DNA of 63,855 nt, counting the filler, from Reticulomyxa filosa (lineage: Eukaryota > Protista > Foraminifera), in assembly GCA_000512085.1 (NCBI GenBank). It is 15 parts of 15 records of this genome, joined end to end, with 100 filler letters (N's around TTAATTAATTAA, not from the genome) between each part and the next. Parts side by side here need not be neighbours in the genome. Positions count along the whole stretch, not along the records: positions 42,572 to 50,085 come from ASPP01002648.1; positions 50,186 to 51,194 come from ASPP01013144.1; positions 51,295 to 60,143 come from ASPP01023696.1; positions 60,244 to 63,855 come from ASPP01019884.1; 11 more parts are not named here. The stretch is one strand, 5' to 3'. Shown here piece after piece: positions 47,950 to 61,096 of the stretch. A program made the translations under genes and the position numbers. The number at the start of each line of letters is the position of its first letter. The first letter of the stretch is position 1. The notes under the pieces were generated by a model. That model saw only the letters and a list, made by a program, of their open reading frames with translations, searched no databases and had not been told where the DNA came from.

Positions 47950-48897
47950 TCCAACATGCTTTTTTATTAAACTTACAATATCAAATTTTAAACCCTTTAG
48001 TTCCCCTTCTGAACTTAGTTCATGATTTTACTGTATTAAATTTTGTCTTGTAATACCGCTTTTTTTGTTTGAAATTGAATGTAAATTTGTAATCTTATGT
48101 GTTCAAAGAAAGAATTGAACGCATTGAAGAAACGTTTTCAGAAAAGAATACTTCGACTTGCTTTTATGACCAAACAAAAAAATATAGAAACCATCAAAGT
48201 TGTTGTATTACAACTATTTTGACGAGAGGACGATTTGATCATAATTACAACAATTGACGATCTTATGGAAATTTAAAAAATTGATTGGGATGTCCTAACT
48301 CACCTACAGTTTAGGTATTTGTGCGCGTTGGTAGAAGTTCCCAAGGGAAAGACAAATGCCACATTCTTCATTTCAAAAAAACCAAGATTCTGGTTGTTGC
48401 TGATCAAATAAGCTTAATCTTCGAGGAGATTGACTTTTATGAGCATGAATGCCAAGATTTTTCCTTTTTTAAAAAGAAAGCCCTTTTTTGACACACTGTG
48501 CACGGATAAAAATCAAACTTTTTGGTCAGTCTGAAAAGACGTTGTGCGAAATTACTATTCGTTCAAATCAAAGGATAAAAATTTTTATCAAAGTGAAAAA
48601 TTAAGATAATCATTACTCAAATTTGCTATCCCCAAACAACAAAAAAAAGTTGAGTATTTGTGTCATGATTGAACAAAAAGGCGTATTAATGCACAAAACC
48701 ATAAACTTCAAAAATGAAATTAAAATAAAATGGCACAGCGAATGGAAACAATAAAAGGCACAGATATCATTTGATTGTGTTCATACCGACAAAGCGTTTC
48801 CGACGACCCTTTCATTGATCTCGACATTAAAAGTTCAAAGATTTTCATCTACGTCATTTGAAGAAAATTTCAAAAGAAAAACAAAAAAATTTAAAAA

Positions 48898-50085
48898 ATG
48901 ATCACTTCCATCAATGAAGAAGAGATCTCAATTCAACCAGCATTAGTAAGTTTTGCTCTAATCTTTCAGAAACTGGGTTGCCTTTAGATTTTAACTGTGT
49001 TTATATTGCACATAATTTGTAATTGAATCAGTCAGAAGAAGAAGAGATCAAAATAACAATCAAACATTGGGTTCGAATATTAAATATTAAATTAGGATGG
49101 ATCCAGGATTTCGACAAACTTGTTGTGAATTATGTTATGCTTTTTTTTGTTTTGTTTTTCATTGAATTGCAAATATTTACTTATCGCAATGCCCAAAATC
49201 ACTATTTACACAGGCAGCTACTATCTTTATGTTAGATACGTTCCTTTCATCATCTATATCACTTAGAACTTTCAAAGGACATACTTCTTGTGTGATTAGC
49301 CTTGATTTTTCAACATTGGACGATTGCCACTTACTTTGTTCTGGATCGCAAGATAGTACAGTCCGTGTATGGAATGCAGATACCAATAAACAAATCCAAT
49401 TATTCAATGGCCATTCAAATTATGTGCACTGTGTAAAATTTTCATTATATTATCACCACAGACATCGTCGCAATGTTATTTGCTCTTCATCAACTGACAA
49501 AACCATTCGTTTTTGGGATGTTAAAGATAATCAACAATTTAAAGTATTCAATGGACATACTGGTGGTATTTGTGGTATTGAATTTTCATCATTTAGTGGT
49601 GGTCGATATTTGTGTTCTGGATCATTTGACAAAACTATTCGTTTATGGGATGTCGAAACATCCAAATCATTGCATGTTTTCAAAAGGCATACAAATTTTG
49701 TTTGGTGTGTGGCTGTTTCACCATTGCAAAGCAATAATGACAAAAGTGATAAAAGAAATAGTATTGGTGTGATTGGTGGAAATGGATATACAATATGCTC
49801 TGGATCATGGGATAAAACCATTCGCATATGGGATATTGAAACAATTAAACAATTGAATGTATTCAAAGGACATGAAAATTGGGTGCATTGTGTAAAGTAT
49901 GGATCAAATGAATTAGGAATTAATGGTGGCGCAAATACAATATTATCTGGATCAAGAGATAAAAGTGTTCGTTTGTGGGATATCCGCTCGAATCGACAAA
50001 CTCAAATGTTTAAAGGACATACAAATCATGTGTATACTGTCGAATATTCACCATTTGTAGTAAATAATATCGAAATTGGTGGTAG
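48898..50085 (+). CDS. WD40-repeat protein (expanded family), 3 exons, 3'-truncated
   Basis: ATG 48898 MITSINEEEISIQPAL, intron, SEEEEIKITIKHWVRILNIKLGWIQDFDKLVVNY, intron, WD40 repeats. Close paralog of 35371-36652. Confidence 0.92.
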
Positions 50086-50280
50086 NNNNNNNNNNNNNNN
50101 NNNNNNNNNNNNNNNNNNNNNNNNNNNNNTTAATTAATTAANNNNNNNNNNNNNNNNNNNNNNNNNNNNNNNNNNNNNNNNNNNNGAGATTTATTTTATT
50201 TTGGTTTCATTTTATTTTGGTTTTATTTTATTTTGGTTTCATTTTATTTTGTTTCATTTTGTTTTGTCTTGTTTGGAAAG

Positions 50281-51194
50281 GAAAACACAGAGGAATTGGA
50301 CACAGACGTATCCGTAGAACAAAAAAGAATTCGTGCGGAACTCACTCCGGACAATAAACTACGACCGGAAGCAAAAAGACACGACGCTGTACACATTTGT
50401 GGACTGCGAAAGGTTTACAAAACTGAACAAGCTGAAACCAAAACCAAAATCGCTGTCAAAGATTTGTGGTTTGGAATTCCACAAGGACAAGTCTTTGGAT
50501 TTTTAGGGTTACGTTTTTTTTTTTTTTGAAAGGAACTTTCTTTATTATTATGATAAAGTGTGATATACATATATACATGTATGTATATATTATTATAATT
50601 GGAATAGCGTAAATGGTGCTGGCAAGACGACGACATTAAAAATGCTGACTGGAGATATTCTCCCGAGTTCGGGGAATGCGTTTGTGTATGGCATTCCCAT
50701 TGAAAACCAAATTTCCACACGACGACTAATTGGCTATTGTCCGCAACTTGACGCCATCTTTGACTTGTTGACTGCCTATGAGCACTTGAAGTTTTATGGG
50801 ATCATTAAAGGTTTGAAGGGACAAGAGTTAGAAGACCAAATTGAATTGTTGTTAAAAGTGCTGTCGCTCTCCAAATACAAGGACAAAAGAGCCGAGACAT
50901 ACAGTGGAGGAAACAAACGCAAGTTATCTGCTGCTATTGCTATGATTGGAAACCCTCCTGTTGTTTTCTTAGGTTTCATTTGTTTTTTTATTTTCTATTT
51001 ATTTTATTATTATTATTATTATTATATATATATATTTTGTTTGTTTGTGATAACACCATTTTTGGGGACCCTTTTCTCGCTTTATCAAGATGAACCGAGT
51101 ACAGGTAATTTGTATCTTTTTTTTTTTGTATTTGAACAGTGGATTTCTCTCTACTCTTCATAAACAATAATGACAAAAAAAAAAATGCAATAGG
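50281..51194 (+). CDS. ABC transporter subfamily A, nucleotide-binding domain, partial and spliced
   Basis: GLRKVY...AVKDLWFGIPQGQVFGFLG|VNGAGKTTTLKMLTGD, IGYCPQLDAI, YSGGNKRKLSAAIAMIGNP, FL|DEPSTG. Confidence 0.93.
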
Positions 51195-51350
51195 NNNNNN
51201 NNNNNNNNNNNNNNNNNNNNNNNNNNNNNNNNNNNNNNTTAATTAATTAANNNNNNNNNNNNNNNNNNNNNNNNNNNNNNNNNNNNNNNNNNNNAAAAAA
51301 AAAAAAAAAAAAAAATCGAAATTTCGCAAGACTAGAGTTGACAAATATTT

Positions 51351-51905
51351 TCATAGGAGAGAGTGAAATTTAACCAATTGGATTTCATGCAAATGCTGCT
51401 CTTTTTCGGAGTGCAACTTTTCCAGCTGCTTTTGATAGTCGTTGACCAAGTCATGCAGTTCGTCATGTCGACGCTGCAAATCGTCATGGCTGTCCTGACT
51501 TTCTTTCAACTCGTCCGCGATCTGCTGCTTTTGTTCCAGCAACTGCGTGACGTAAGGCTCGATATCTCGTATGTCTATCATGTTGGTATTGCTATTCACT
51601 TCGTTCCCGTAGTTGCCGAAGGATTGGGGCAATGCGCCTTTTTGCTGCTGTTGCCGAAGTGACTCATACGCCGTCAACTCCTCTCGGGTCATACTGTTTG
51701 GTCCTTCAACCTTCGTGTTTTGACGTATATGCTTCGTTGTTGTCAGTTTCCGAAATAAATTTGGATCCAATGATGCGTTCGACAGCTTTCTTCGTGCTTT
51801 TCGCTGTTCACGCTTTTCTGCTTTTTTACGACTTTTGCCGTCATCACGCTCTTTTAAGCGTGGTTTAGAGTTTTCAGCATCGCTATTAGATTCATGTGCG
51901 CTCAT
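51351..51905 (-). CDS. Coiled-coil protein, first exon, partial
   Basis: 184-codon ORF starting at ATG, with a heptad-rich C-terminal part. Confidence 0.65.
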   Translation of the reverse strand: MSAHESNSDAENSKPRLKERDDGKSRKKAEKREQRKARRKLSNASLDPNLFRKLTTTKHIRQNTKVEGPNSMTREELTAYESLRQQQQKGALPQSFGNYGNEVNSNTNMIDIRDIEPYVTQLLEQKQQIADELKESQDSHDDLQRRHDELHDLVNDYQKQLEKLHSEKEQHLHEIQLVKFHSLL

Positions 51906-52613
51906 TATGAAGTTTTTAGTTTAATCAACACCTTCAATAATATTTCCAAAAAAAAAAGTTCAAGTATGATTTCCTCTTGGTTCTCCCAGAAGTTCAGAGC
52001 CTGAGAATTGCAATGTTCATTATCTAAAAGAACATTAGAAAATGGTCATTTAAAAATATGTCATTTTTTTTTAGTTTGTAGGAAATACGACACAAGGTTA
52101 TGCTGTACTTGGAAAATTAAAATGCGATTTAAAGTAATTAGTGTATCAAACAAACAACAATAGTTGCGTACGTATCACTCACACGCAAGTTATTCATTTG
52201 TGATTAAGTGTTTTTTCAAAGAACTTTACCAACATTTTTTTACATAAATGATATATTGTAAAAGAACATGAAGTACATGCATGATATTTGCTAAACAAGT
52301 GAGATAAATAATGTTATATTTCAATAATATGAAAAACATATTAAAAAATGCTTTTGAATAAATAGTAAAACTGAAAAAAATTGCAAATGTGATGTCCGAC
52401 AAAAGCTGTTTCAATTGACATAACGATATTTAAATTTGAGCACTTGTTACTTACATATTTAACCGTTTATAAGATTAAATACTGAATTATGATTTTACCA
52501 ATATAGAGCAATTACATCAAATTTAAAGAAAATATATTGTAATATAGCAGACAAGGTTATATCTTTTCAAGGTCGAAGATATTTCAAACTTGATTGAAAA
52601 CTTGTTATTATTT

Positions 52614-53333
52614 TTACAAAATTTTACAACAATTAACAGGTGCATTTTATTTTGATTAGTTGATAGTTTTCTATTTGCTGCAATTATACGAACAATTTGA
52701 ATAAAAACATCTTCACAATTTATTCTCTTTTTTGCACTTGTTTCAAAAAAGGCACAATTACTTCCCCAACGCTTTGCTATTCAAATAAACAGATATTTTC
52801 TCTTAAATAATTATTTTTCATTTTATTTTGTTTACATACCCAATTCCTGGCCTTCTGCAGTTGAAACTTGCCGCTCTTCATTTAAATCACATTTGTTACC
52901 AGCAATGACACTTGATAATATTCAAAAAGGTAAAAAAAATATTTTATTCAAATCATCATTGATAATATATTTTAATGAGGATATATTAAACAAACATTTT
53001 CAGATTTTTAGTTCCTTTGAGTGTGATAAGTTGATCATAAAGTGCAGGTAATACATTGAACGATTTTCGAGATGTAATGCTGTATACAATTATATATCCG
53101 TCTGTTTCAGCGTCCAATTGATTTGCCACACTTGAATACTGTTCTGTTCCAGCAGTATCAAATATCTCCAATAATACTGGTGTTCCATCTATACAAGGTG
53201 CTTTTCGAAGGCTGTCCTCTACAGTTGGCTCGTAATCTGGTACCCAGTTTTCACAAAAGTACTGAACTAGTATTGCAGTTTTGCCAACATAAGCGTCTCC
53301 CAATAACGTTAACTTGTATATAGGAACTGTCAT
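52614..53333 (-). CDS. Ras-family small GTPase, Rap-like, 3 exons
   Basis: G1 GDAYVGKT, effector YEPTVEDS, G3 DTAGTEQY (Rap-type Thr61), G4 GNKCD, G5 ETSAK. The CAAX end (CCKIL*) is reached only if one A is added near 52645. Confidence 0.9.
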
Positions 53334-53572
53334 TTTTAGTTATTTTTATTTTCTTTCCCTTTTTGTGGTTCGTTTTTTAAAACGTGAAACTTAATTTTTT
53401 TGTTCTTGACGAATCTAAAAAAATAGTGTGGTATTTAATAAATTCAAAAGTATGAACATAGTTTTGATGGTCAATTTAAAACTACTATTTTGATAATCTA
53501 TTTCAGAACGTATCAAATGCTGTGTAAACAAAATTATTGCTTTCACAATAAGATTCAAAGAAAAACAACCAT

Positions 53573-56500
53573 TCACCACAATTGCAACCAGTTATTTTGT
53601 GGGACTGTTATTGGAGGTGTGTGATCATTGGCATTTTCTGTTGGTATAAAAATTTGTGGTTGAATATACTCAGATATTTGATGAGTTTCTTGAAAAAACA
53701 GAGACGGATCGGTGTCATTGTAAGAAGAGATATGGACATCAGGATCAACAAGATCTGCAGCTGGAATATCACAAAGTTCCAAAGATGAATCAAATTGAAC
53801 ATGATCAGCTGTATTTGATGAATGGATCTGGGGAGTGTGATGAAGTGAAAATATCTCTTCACTGGGACACAATTGTTGTGCAAAATTCCGAAAGCACATC
53901 TTGTTGAAACGCACCTTTTGTATATAAAAAAACAAATATATTCATTGCTTTTTCTTCTTTGAAGAAATTTTGTATTTGTTTGTGTCATTCTCTCTTTCTT
54001 CTTAGAAATTAAACTAAAATAGTGGGTGATATTGCAGGAAACATTTTAATTAAATCGTGAATATCCATCGTAACGATAGTCTACATTTAAATAGATTGTC
54101 TTTCTAACATCCTCAAAAACAAAGAAAAAATAAAGACAATTACTTGTTACCCTTGCATTTGCATGTTGCAGCATCATCTGTGCAACAAATGAATTGATGG
54201 AAGGAAATGAACATAGAAACGCTTCTTCATTTGTTTCAAACTCGGTCAAGAATGGATTGATAGACACCTTTTATTTTTAAAACATAATAATCAAATACAA
54301 AAACAATACAGATAAAAAAAAGTTTTTTGTTTTAACCTGTTGAATGGATTGATTTGCTGTTGATACTTGCGTTGTGGCATTGCAATTGGAAACAAAGCAA
54401 GACATAGGATATTCACGTTGGATTAAATCGCAAATGAGAACAGGAAGAAAATGAGAAGGATAGAAAATAGTATGAATTTTAATGTTGAAATCTTTGAATA
54501 CATTTGATAAATTGGAGACCAGTTTAAGCACCGTTTGTTGAAAAAATTCACTCTTACCAACTTCTTGCCTTTAATATATATTATTTTGCATAATGTGCAT
54601 CTCATTATACATACAAACATATATGATGTGCATATACACACATACGGTGAATAATCATTGACACAAATTAGAATATGACAGGTTGTGTATTGATAGAAGC
54701 ATCGAAAAGTTCGACCAATTAAAGCTTGTATGTCATCTGTGGTTTGAGAAAGCGAGGTGAGATCAAAATCACATAAAATTATACAAGTATTTGTGCTAAT
54801 AATGATTGTCTCTGCTTTGAGTGTGCGTTTGAAGAATGTCACATTACAATATTGCAAAGAGTCAATCAATGCACCAGGCATCCAAGTATGAGTATCATCA
54901 CTACAAATTAATGTAATTTTTTCATTAAAACGTGTCGATAGCTGAACAGGAGCAATTGTTTGATCAGACGAAGAGTCGAAAGAAATAAGTTGATGACTAT
55001 TTTTTTTGGATATTTTTAGGTTATTTTTCATTTGTTATTTCTCTTTTCTTTTTTTTTTTGTCTTTTTAAAACGAAACAAAAACATTGGATCCACAACAGA
55101 TTGAAATGCTACAATGTTTAATGTATCCGTATCGAATGGCACAATTGCATCCTTGACTGACTCTAAAACAGTAACATCATAACAAATCACACGAATCATT
55201 GACTGAAAAAATATGTTTACTTTTGAAATATCATTTGTCTTGTTTATCATGTCTTTGAATGTGGCGACTGTAGTAATGAAATACCAATTGTCTCCATTGC
55301 TTTGTTGTCTGTTCCACATTTATATTGTGAATAAATGTGAATGATTATATGAAAATTTTTATTATTTTTGTTTTGATTTGTTTAACATAAATCTTCGGCT
55401 TGTTCAAATGTTTGAATAAAGGCAATTCCTTTGTGAGCTTTTTGTTGTTGTAAAACTCTTTGCAAAAATGCAACAAGAACTGCTTTATTACATAATACCA
55501 ATGTCTTTGTGGCAATCTTGTCATCACTCTGTGGTTCTGTTGGCATTGATGACTCAATCATTTGCAATAGGTGACATAATTTTGGGTCCATTGACAATTG
55601 TGCAGATGCACTCTCATTCTTTTTTTTATCATTATTATAACATTATTACAAAAGGAAAAGCAAAAAAAATAAATAAATAAATAAACTGCAATAGATTCCA
55701 TAATGCCGGACAACATTGATATTGCTTCTCGGGTTTCAAAATACGAGAACTGTTTCAAATACCATTTGTCGTTTCGAAGTTTGCTCAAAAATGCAAATGC
55801 CACTACAATCTGTTGTTGTTTGATGTGATTGCAAGGATAAGCTCAAACAACAATAACAACAAAAAATAAACAACTTAACATTACTGTGAATCACATATTC
55901 TCGTATTTGTACAAATGTGAATAAAAGAACAGTAAATTGCAATATTTTCTCCTTTTTGAAATGTGCTTTATGTTTGTGTTTTATATGTAATGTGTAGTGC
56001 ATAATTACAGCTGTTAATTGTTTATTAGATTCGGTAACTAAACTTTTTTTTTTTCATTGGTTGATATTTCATCATATTTCTGTTCTATTGCATCTTTCAC
56101 CATTTTTCTATGTTTTTGAGCAATGTACAGAATACATTTGTGTATTGTAAATGCAATATTTTTATTTTTGCTTTTTTTTTTAACGTTGCACGATCTGGTT
56201 CAATCGTAAAGATATTATCTTGTTCTGCAATTAAGCGTAATGTTTTCAATTCGTGGACTACATGTATTATTACACTTTGAATGTAAGCAGTATAGCATTT
56301 TATTTGTTTGTTTATTTGTTTTATTTATTGGAAACAAAACTGAACGGTTTGGCATATTCACTGAGCACTGTTAGCACATCTTTTTGTGCATTTGATAATG
56401 GGAATTGAATAAATTTAATTTTATTTTGTAATATTTGTTCTTGTTGCAATTTTTGCTTGAATTTCACAAAGCCTAAATTGGATTGTTGAGCCTTCAAATT

Positions 56501-59087
56501 CTCAATTAACTCTTTGTCAGTCATTCGTCGATGATGTTTCAACTTTGACTTGTTGGCTCCACTGTCTTGAACTTGTTCAACTCGGAGCCTTTTAGGCGAT
56601 GGTACCTGTATTTTGTATCATTGGCAAACACATACATCTCATTGTAAATAATTCAATCCTTTTATAAAAAAAAAAAGAATTAAATGATGAATCAACATGG
56701 AGGTTATCAAGTTCTGCACTGGACATAGATCTTTTTAGACAATCTTGTTTTTGATGTGACTCTGAAACAGGTGTTGATTTCTGCGTTATTCTTTTTTTTT
56801 TATTGTAATTTTTCAAAAAAATTTGTAAAGCTTATTCCATCAAAGGAAAGCAAAGATAACTCACATCAGGTTCTGTGTCATCGTCTAAAAGGAGATCAAA
56901 GACAAAACAATGCCTCAATTTTATTTGTCCACTCTCACAATACAAAGAGAAATACAATTTTATCATGGCATTTTGATACCTTTGGCACTCAAAGAGACCA
57001 TTTGTTTGTTCAGATCTCTGGGTTTTCCTTCTAATGATGTCTTTATTTTTGTTTGTTATATTTGTTTGTTGGTTAAATAATAGAAACAAGCATACACAGT
57101 GAGTAAAGGCAAAATACATACAGTTTCTTTCATCGTTTGTATACGTTCTGTCTGAGGCATTTTCAAATAGCAAACATCAACACAAATGAAATTTCTTTAA
57201 GAAAATGTATCTCTTTCTTACCAACAACAACAATAGAAGGAAATATCCAAATACTCACATACCAAAATCAGTTTGAAATGTTAATGAAGTTTGTTCGGAT
57301 TGTTGGTTGGATGTTGAATGGATGATTGCTGTATTAATGGTGTTGATGCCACAATCGAGTGTTGCAATAACAAATTACTCGATTGATTTGTATTTTGTTG
57401 GATTTGTATTGGATTTGTAATTTTTATGAATGAGTTATTATTATGTCGTGGAGAGCTATTGTGTTGATGGCAATGTTTGTCAACAATGAAGAAAAAGGTG
57501 TTTTGGTCAATTTCTTAAATAATTATAAAAAATCAATAAAAATAAAAAAACTGATTAGATGAACAAATTAAAAAATCTTGAGGATCTATTGGAACAAATT
57601 GAGAAGGCTGAAATGAAAGTGATGGATTAGAAATTGAACAAGTATTGTTGTTATTGCTGTCATTTGGATTGAGCGGACTCTTTTTTGCCATCATTAAAGC
57701 CATAGCATTTGTAAGGTTGCAAGGTTTAGTTGACTGCTGCTTGTGTTCATTTACAATTCCTTGAAAGAACTCACTAATTGATGTCAGTGCACTCGTTCCA
57801 TGTGGTGATAGCCAATCTGGCCACTTTGTATTCAAATTCTCCAACACAAAATGATTGGGTGTCGTATTACACTTGCTCAACCAATCTTTTTCTTCATCTA
57901 TCACCACGTGTACAAAGTGTGTTCATACAAAAGAAAAACACAAACAACAGACATACAACCTGTCCAATTCAGGGGTGTAAGTGTGTGCGGCAGGGGTTCA
58001 TTTGAGCTATTCCAAAATAAGTCACACTTCAATTGATGTATCTCAGCATCACTCTTTTCAATATCGCATGTTCTCGCAAATGTATAGGGTAATACCAGAT
58101 CAATCCAATTATCATTTACTATCACTTTTTCAAAAGAGTTCTCTTTCAACCCCACAAAAAACACATACAAAAAAAAAAGTGTAAAACGAAAGTAAAGAAA
58201 AAAAAAATGCTTTTATTTTCTTTGTACCTTGGGTATTCGATTTAAACATTTCGTATTCAATAATAAGCTCTTGCGAGTTATTCCAATGTTTCAAAGCAAG
58301 TAGTTCGTCTTCTTCCATCATTTGAAAAGAAAACAATGCACTTAATGGATATGGGTCGATGGATATTGTATTACTGTGGAACTTTCAATTGTCTCATCAA
58401 ATAACCCATATTCCCAACTCTTTTCTTTTCTTTTTTTTTATTAATTTTAATTTGTATAATTTTTCTTTTGTTTTAAAGTAAAAAAAAAACAAAACAAAAC
58501 GATATATTGGAACCAAAGCAATTGATGGTCTCTATCTGCGGATACAATGACAACGAGTTTTGAAAAAAGGGAACAATAGATTTCCAAATATCGAAAGTAT
58601 CCATTTTCATAAAGGCAGAGTTTGACATTGCTCCAATATTCATTCTGTCTATCACATCCGAATGGATCCAAAATATCTCTTTACTTTCGAAAAGGTGTTT
58701 TGGGAGTGTAAAGCTATGTGTACCGTAGGCTCTACCTTTCAATATGAATGAATCATCTTCTTTTGAATATATTGAAAAATATCTGTACAAAACACATACA
58801 GAGCAATATTTGATTAATATAATAGATATGGAACATAAATCTTCTGTTAACCTCATGTAATATTTCTGTAGTTCTTGCGAAAAAACATTACTACTATCAT
58901 TTGAAAAAATTGGACGTGGGAGGTTGTTATCTTTAGTTAAAGGCATTCCAATCCCTTGACTCTGGGCAAAACGAACAATTGTCTGACACTCCTCTTTCCA
59001 TTCCAACTCACAAGCTTCTATTGCCCTTCGAGTTGGGGATTCTGGTAAGGGATAAAATTTTAACTCAGGAATATCTAATGGATTCAT
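53573..59087 (-). CDS. Probable SHOC1/Zip2-like meiotic XPF-family protein, many exons
   Basis: C-terminal XPF/ERCC4-like region (FKRTLKAETIIISTNTCIILCDFD...FYQYTTCHILI) followed by a tandem HhH region (ETNEEAFLCSFPSINSFVAQMML...TIVTMDIHDLIKMFPAISPTIL). That all upstream exons from ATG 59087 belong to this gene is inferred from shared strand and GT-AG junctions. Confidence 0.65.
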
Positions 59088-59381
59088 ACTACCCTTGCGA
59101 CCCTAAGGTAGTAACGCAAAAGCAAAAGGGGTCAAACTAAAGTTTCCAAAACAGCGCTCTTTGTTGCATAATGTTAGAACTTTTAAAACTTTCGGTTTTA
59201 AAGACACGTTATTAATTTTAATATTATTGTTCTTTACATTATCAAAACACGTAATATACATATTTTTCTTCACTTAAATCCGTTAGTCCATTAACTTTTC
59301 AATCAAAATTTAGTCAGGACGAAGGAACTTGCGTTCTGCACTTTCATTAATTTCTTTCGTCCAAAATAGAATTGTATAATA

Positions 59382-60100
59382 ATGCAGACGCGCTTGCCTC
59401 CTGAGACATATAGTATCTCGCATGCAAGTAGTGGGCTGTTATCAGTAGACGAAAGTTGGGCAACTCAGCAGAAGAAAGCGTTTACAGGTTGGATCAATGC
59501 GCACCTAACAAAACAAAATATGCAAATTGAAGAGATAACGGAAGGGTTTTCACAAGTGGTACCATTGATACAATTGTTGGACACATTGGAGAAAAGGTCT
59601 TTGACTGACTTCAAATACAACCATCGGAAGCCTAGACACAAATTTGATCGTTTGGACGCAATGCGAGTGTGTATTCGATTGATCAGCAGTCGAGACCGTC
59701 GAAATGTGGGTATCACTTACGATGAAGAAGGTATTTATGAAAACGTAAGCCATATTATTAGCATTATTTCCGACTGATTATTGTCCATCATTATATACAT
59801 ATATGTATATATAATTTTTTTTAAATACTGAGCTTTGACTTCAAAGTTGGAGTGGAAAGCTACATCATACTTGGGGAGCATTTCAACTAAACTTTTTTTT
59901 TTGTTTTGTTTTTTTTGTCCCCTTCTCTCTTTTCTTTTGTCAACAACGACCAATAATGGGAACCTGACATAAAAAGCTCTGATAAGCGGGAGTAACTTGA
60001 AGTTGTGTTTGGCACTGGCGTGGCGCATCATCGTCAATTATTCAATCGACGAGCCTGAAACACAAGAAGTGTTGGACGACTCCATGCGCAACTATTGTTA
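59382..60100 (+). CDS. Calponin-homology (filamin/alpha-actinin-type CH1) domain protein, partial
   Basis: WATQQKKAFTGWINAHL...PLIQLLDTL...; after an intron, LISGSNLKLCLALAWRIIVNYSI. Confidence 0.85.
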
Positions 60101-61096
60101 ACAACCAATCATTTTCTTTTTTTTTCCCCCCCCCCCCCCCCTTNNNNNNNNNNNNNNNNNNNNNNNNNNNNNNNNNNNNNNNNNNNNTTAATTAATTAAN
60201 NNNNNNNNNNNNNNNNNNNNNNNNNNNNNNNNNNNNNNNNNNNTTATTCCAACTCCTCTTTCATTTTCTTCTTCTTCTTCTTCTTCATTAAAACAACATC
60301 ACCATCATCAAAAACAACAACCACACCAAAAACGACAACCTTTTTAATCTTTTTTCCCCTTATGCTACTGCAATGTTTACATTTTCAATTGATTTAGTTT
60401 CTTTATATTTCAAAAAATGTCAACTTTCTAGTTTTCTAAAAAAACGTTGAAATAAGAATTAAATGTTTTGTTTTTTCATTGTTGAGTTAAACTTTTGTTT
60501 TTACATAAAGCGCTTTTCTCAAGTCAATATTGACGTTCGAATTGAACGGCAGTCAGTCCAAAAATTATTTTTTCCTTGTAATTTGAAAGACATAAATTTA
60601 ACTCTTTGTGATATTATGCTATTGTTTTCAAGTGTCTTAACTTTCGTATTACATTTTGCGCCTCTTTCAGCAGAAAACCAACATCAAGAGCTCCTCCAAA
60701 CTTTTCATTAACTTTCTCCATTACTTTTTTCTTCTCTCAATTTGACTTTTTAATTGAAATTTGTTAAGCTTAAGTCATAAAATAGCTTTAGCACGACGGT
60801 AGTTAAACAATGCATCTACAAACAAGATATTCAAAAAGCTGTAATTTGAACTGCATGTCCAACAATGAAGATCATAAATAAAATTAAGAAATAGACAATT
60901 AAACAATACTGTTTTTTGAAAAGAATTTGAATGAAATGCTTGTAGCCCTAATGAATTGATAATTATTACTATCTAAAAAAGGTAACTTTCATTATGACAT
61001 TAAATATAGTGATTGTGCGTTGAAATTCGATGACAAATTATCGTGAAAATGAAACATTTGATTGCACATGATAAGTAAAATGAAATTTTATGATGT

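Noticed and set aside
1159-60243. Recurrent TTAATTAATTAA flanked by Ns as a biological repeat or CRISPR-like array
   Set aside because: Identical 100-bp artificial linkers. ORFs ending in 'XXXXLIN' are artefacts of these spacers.
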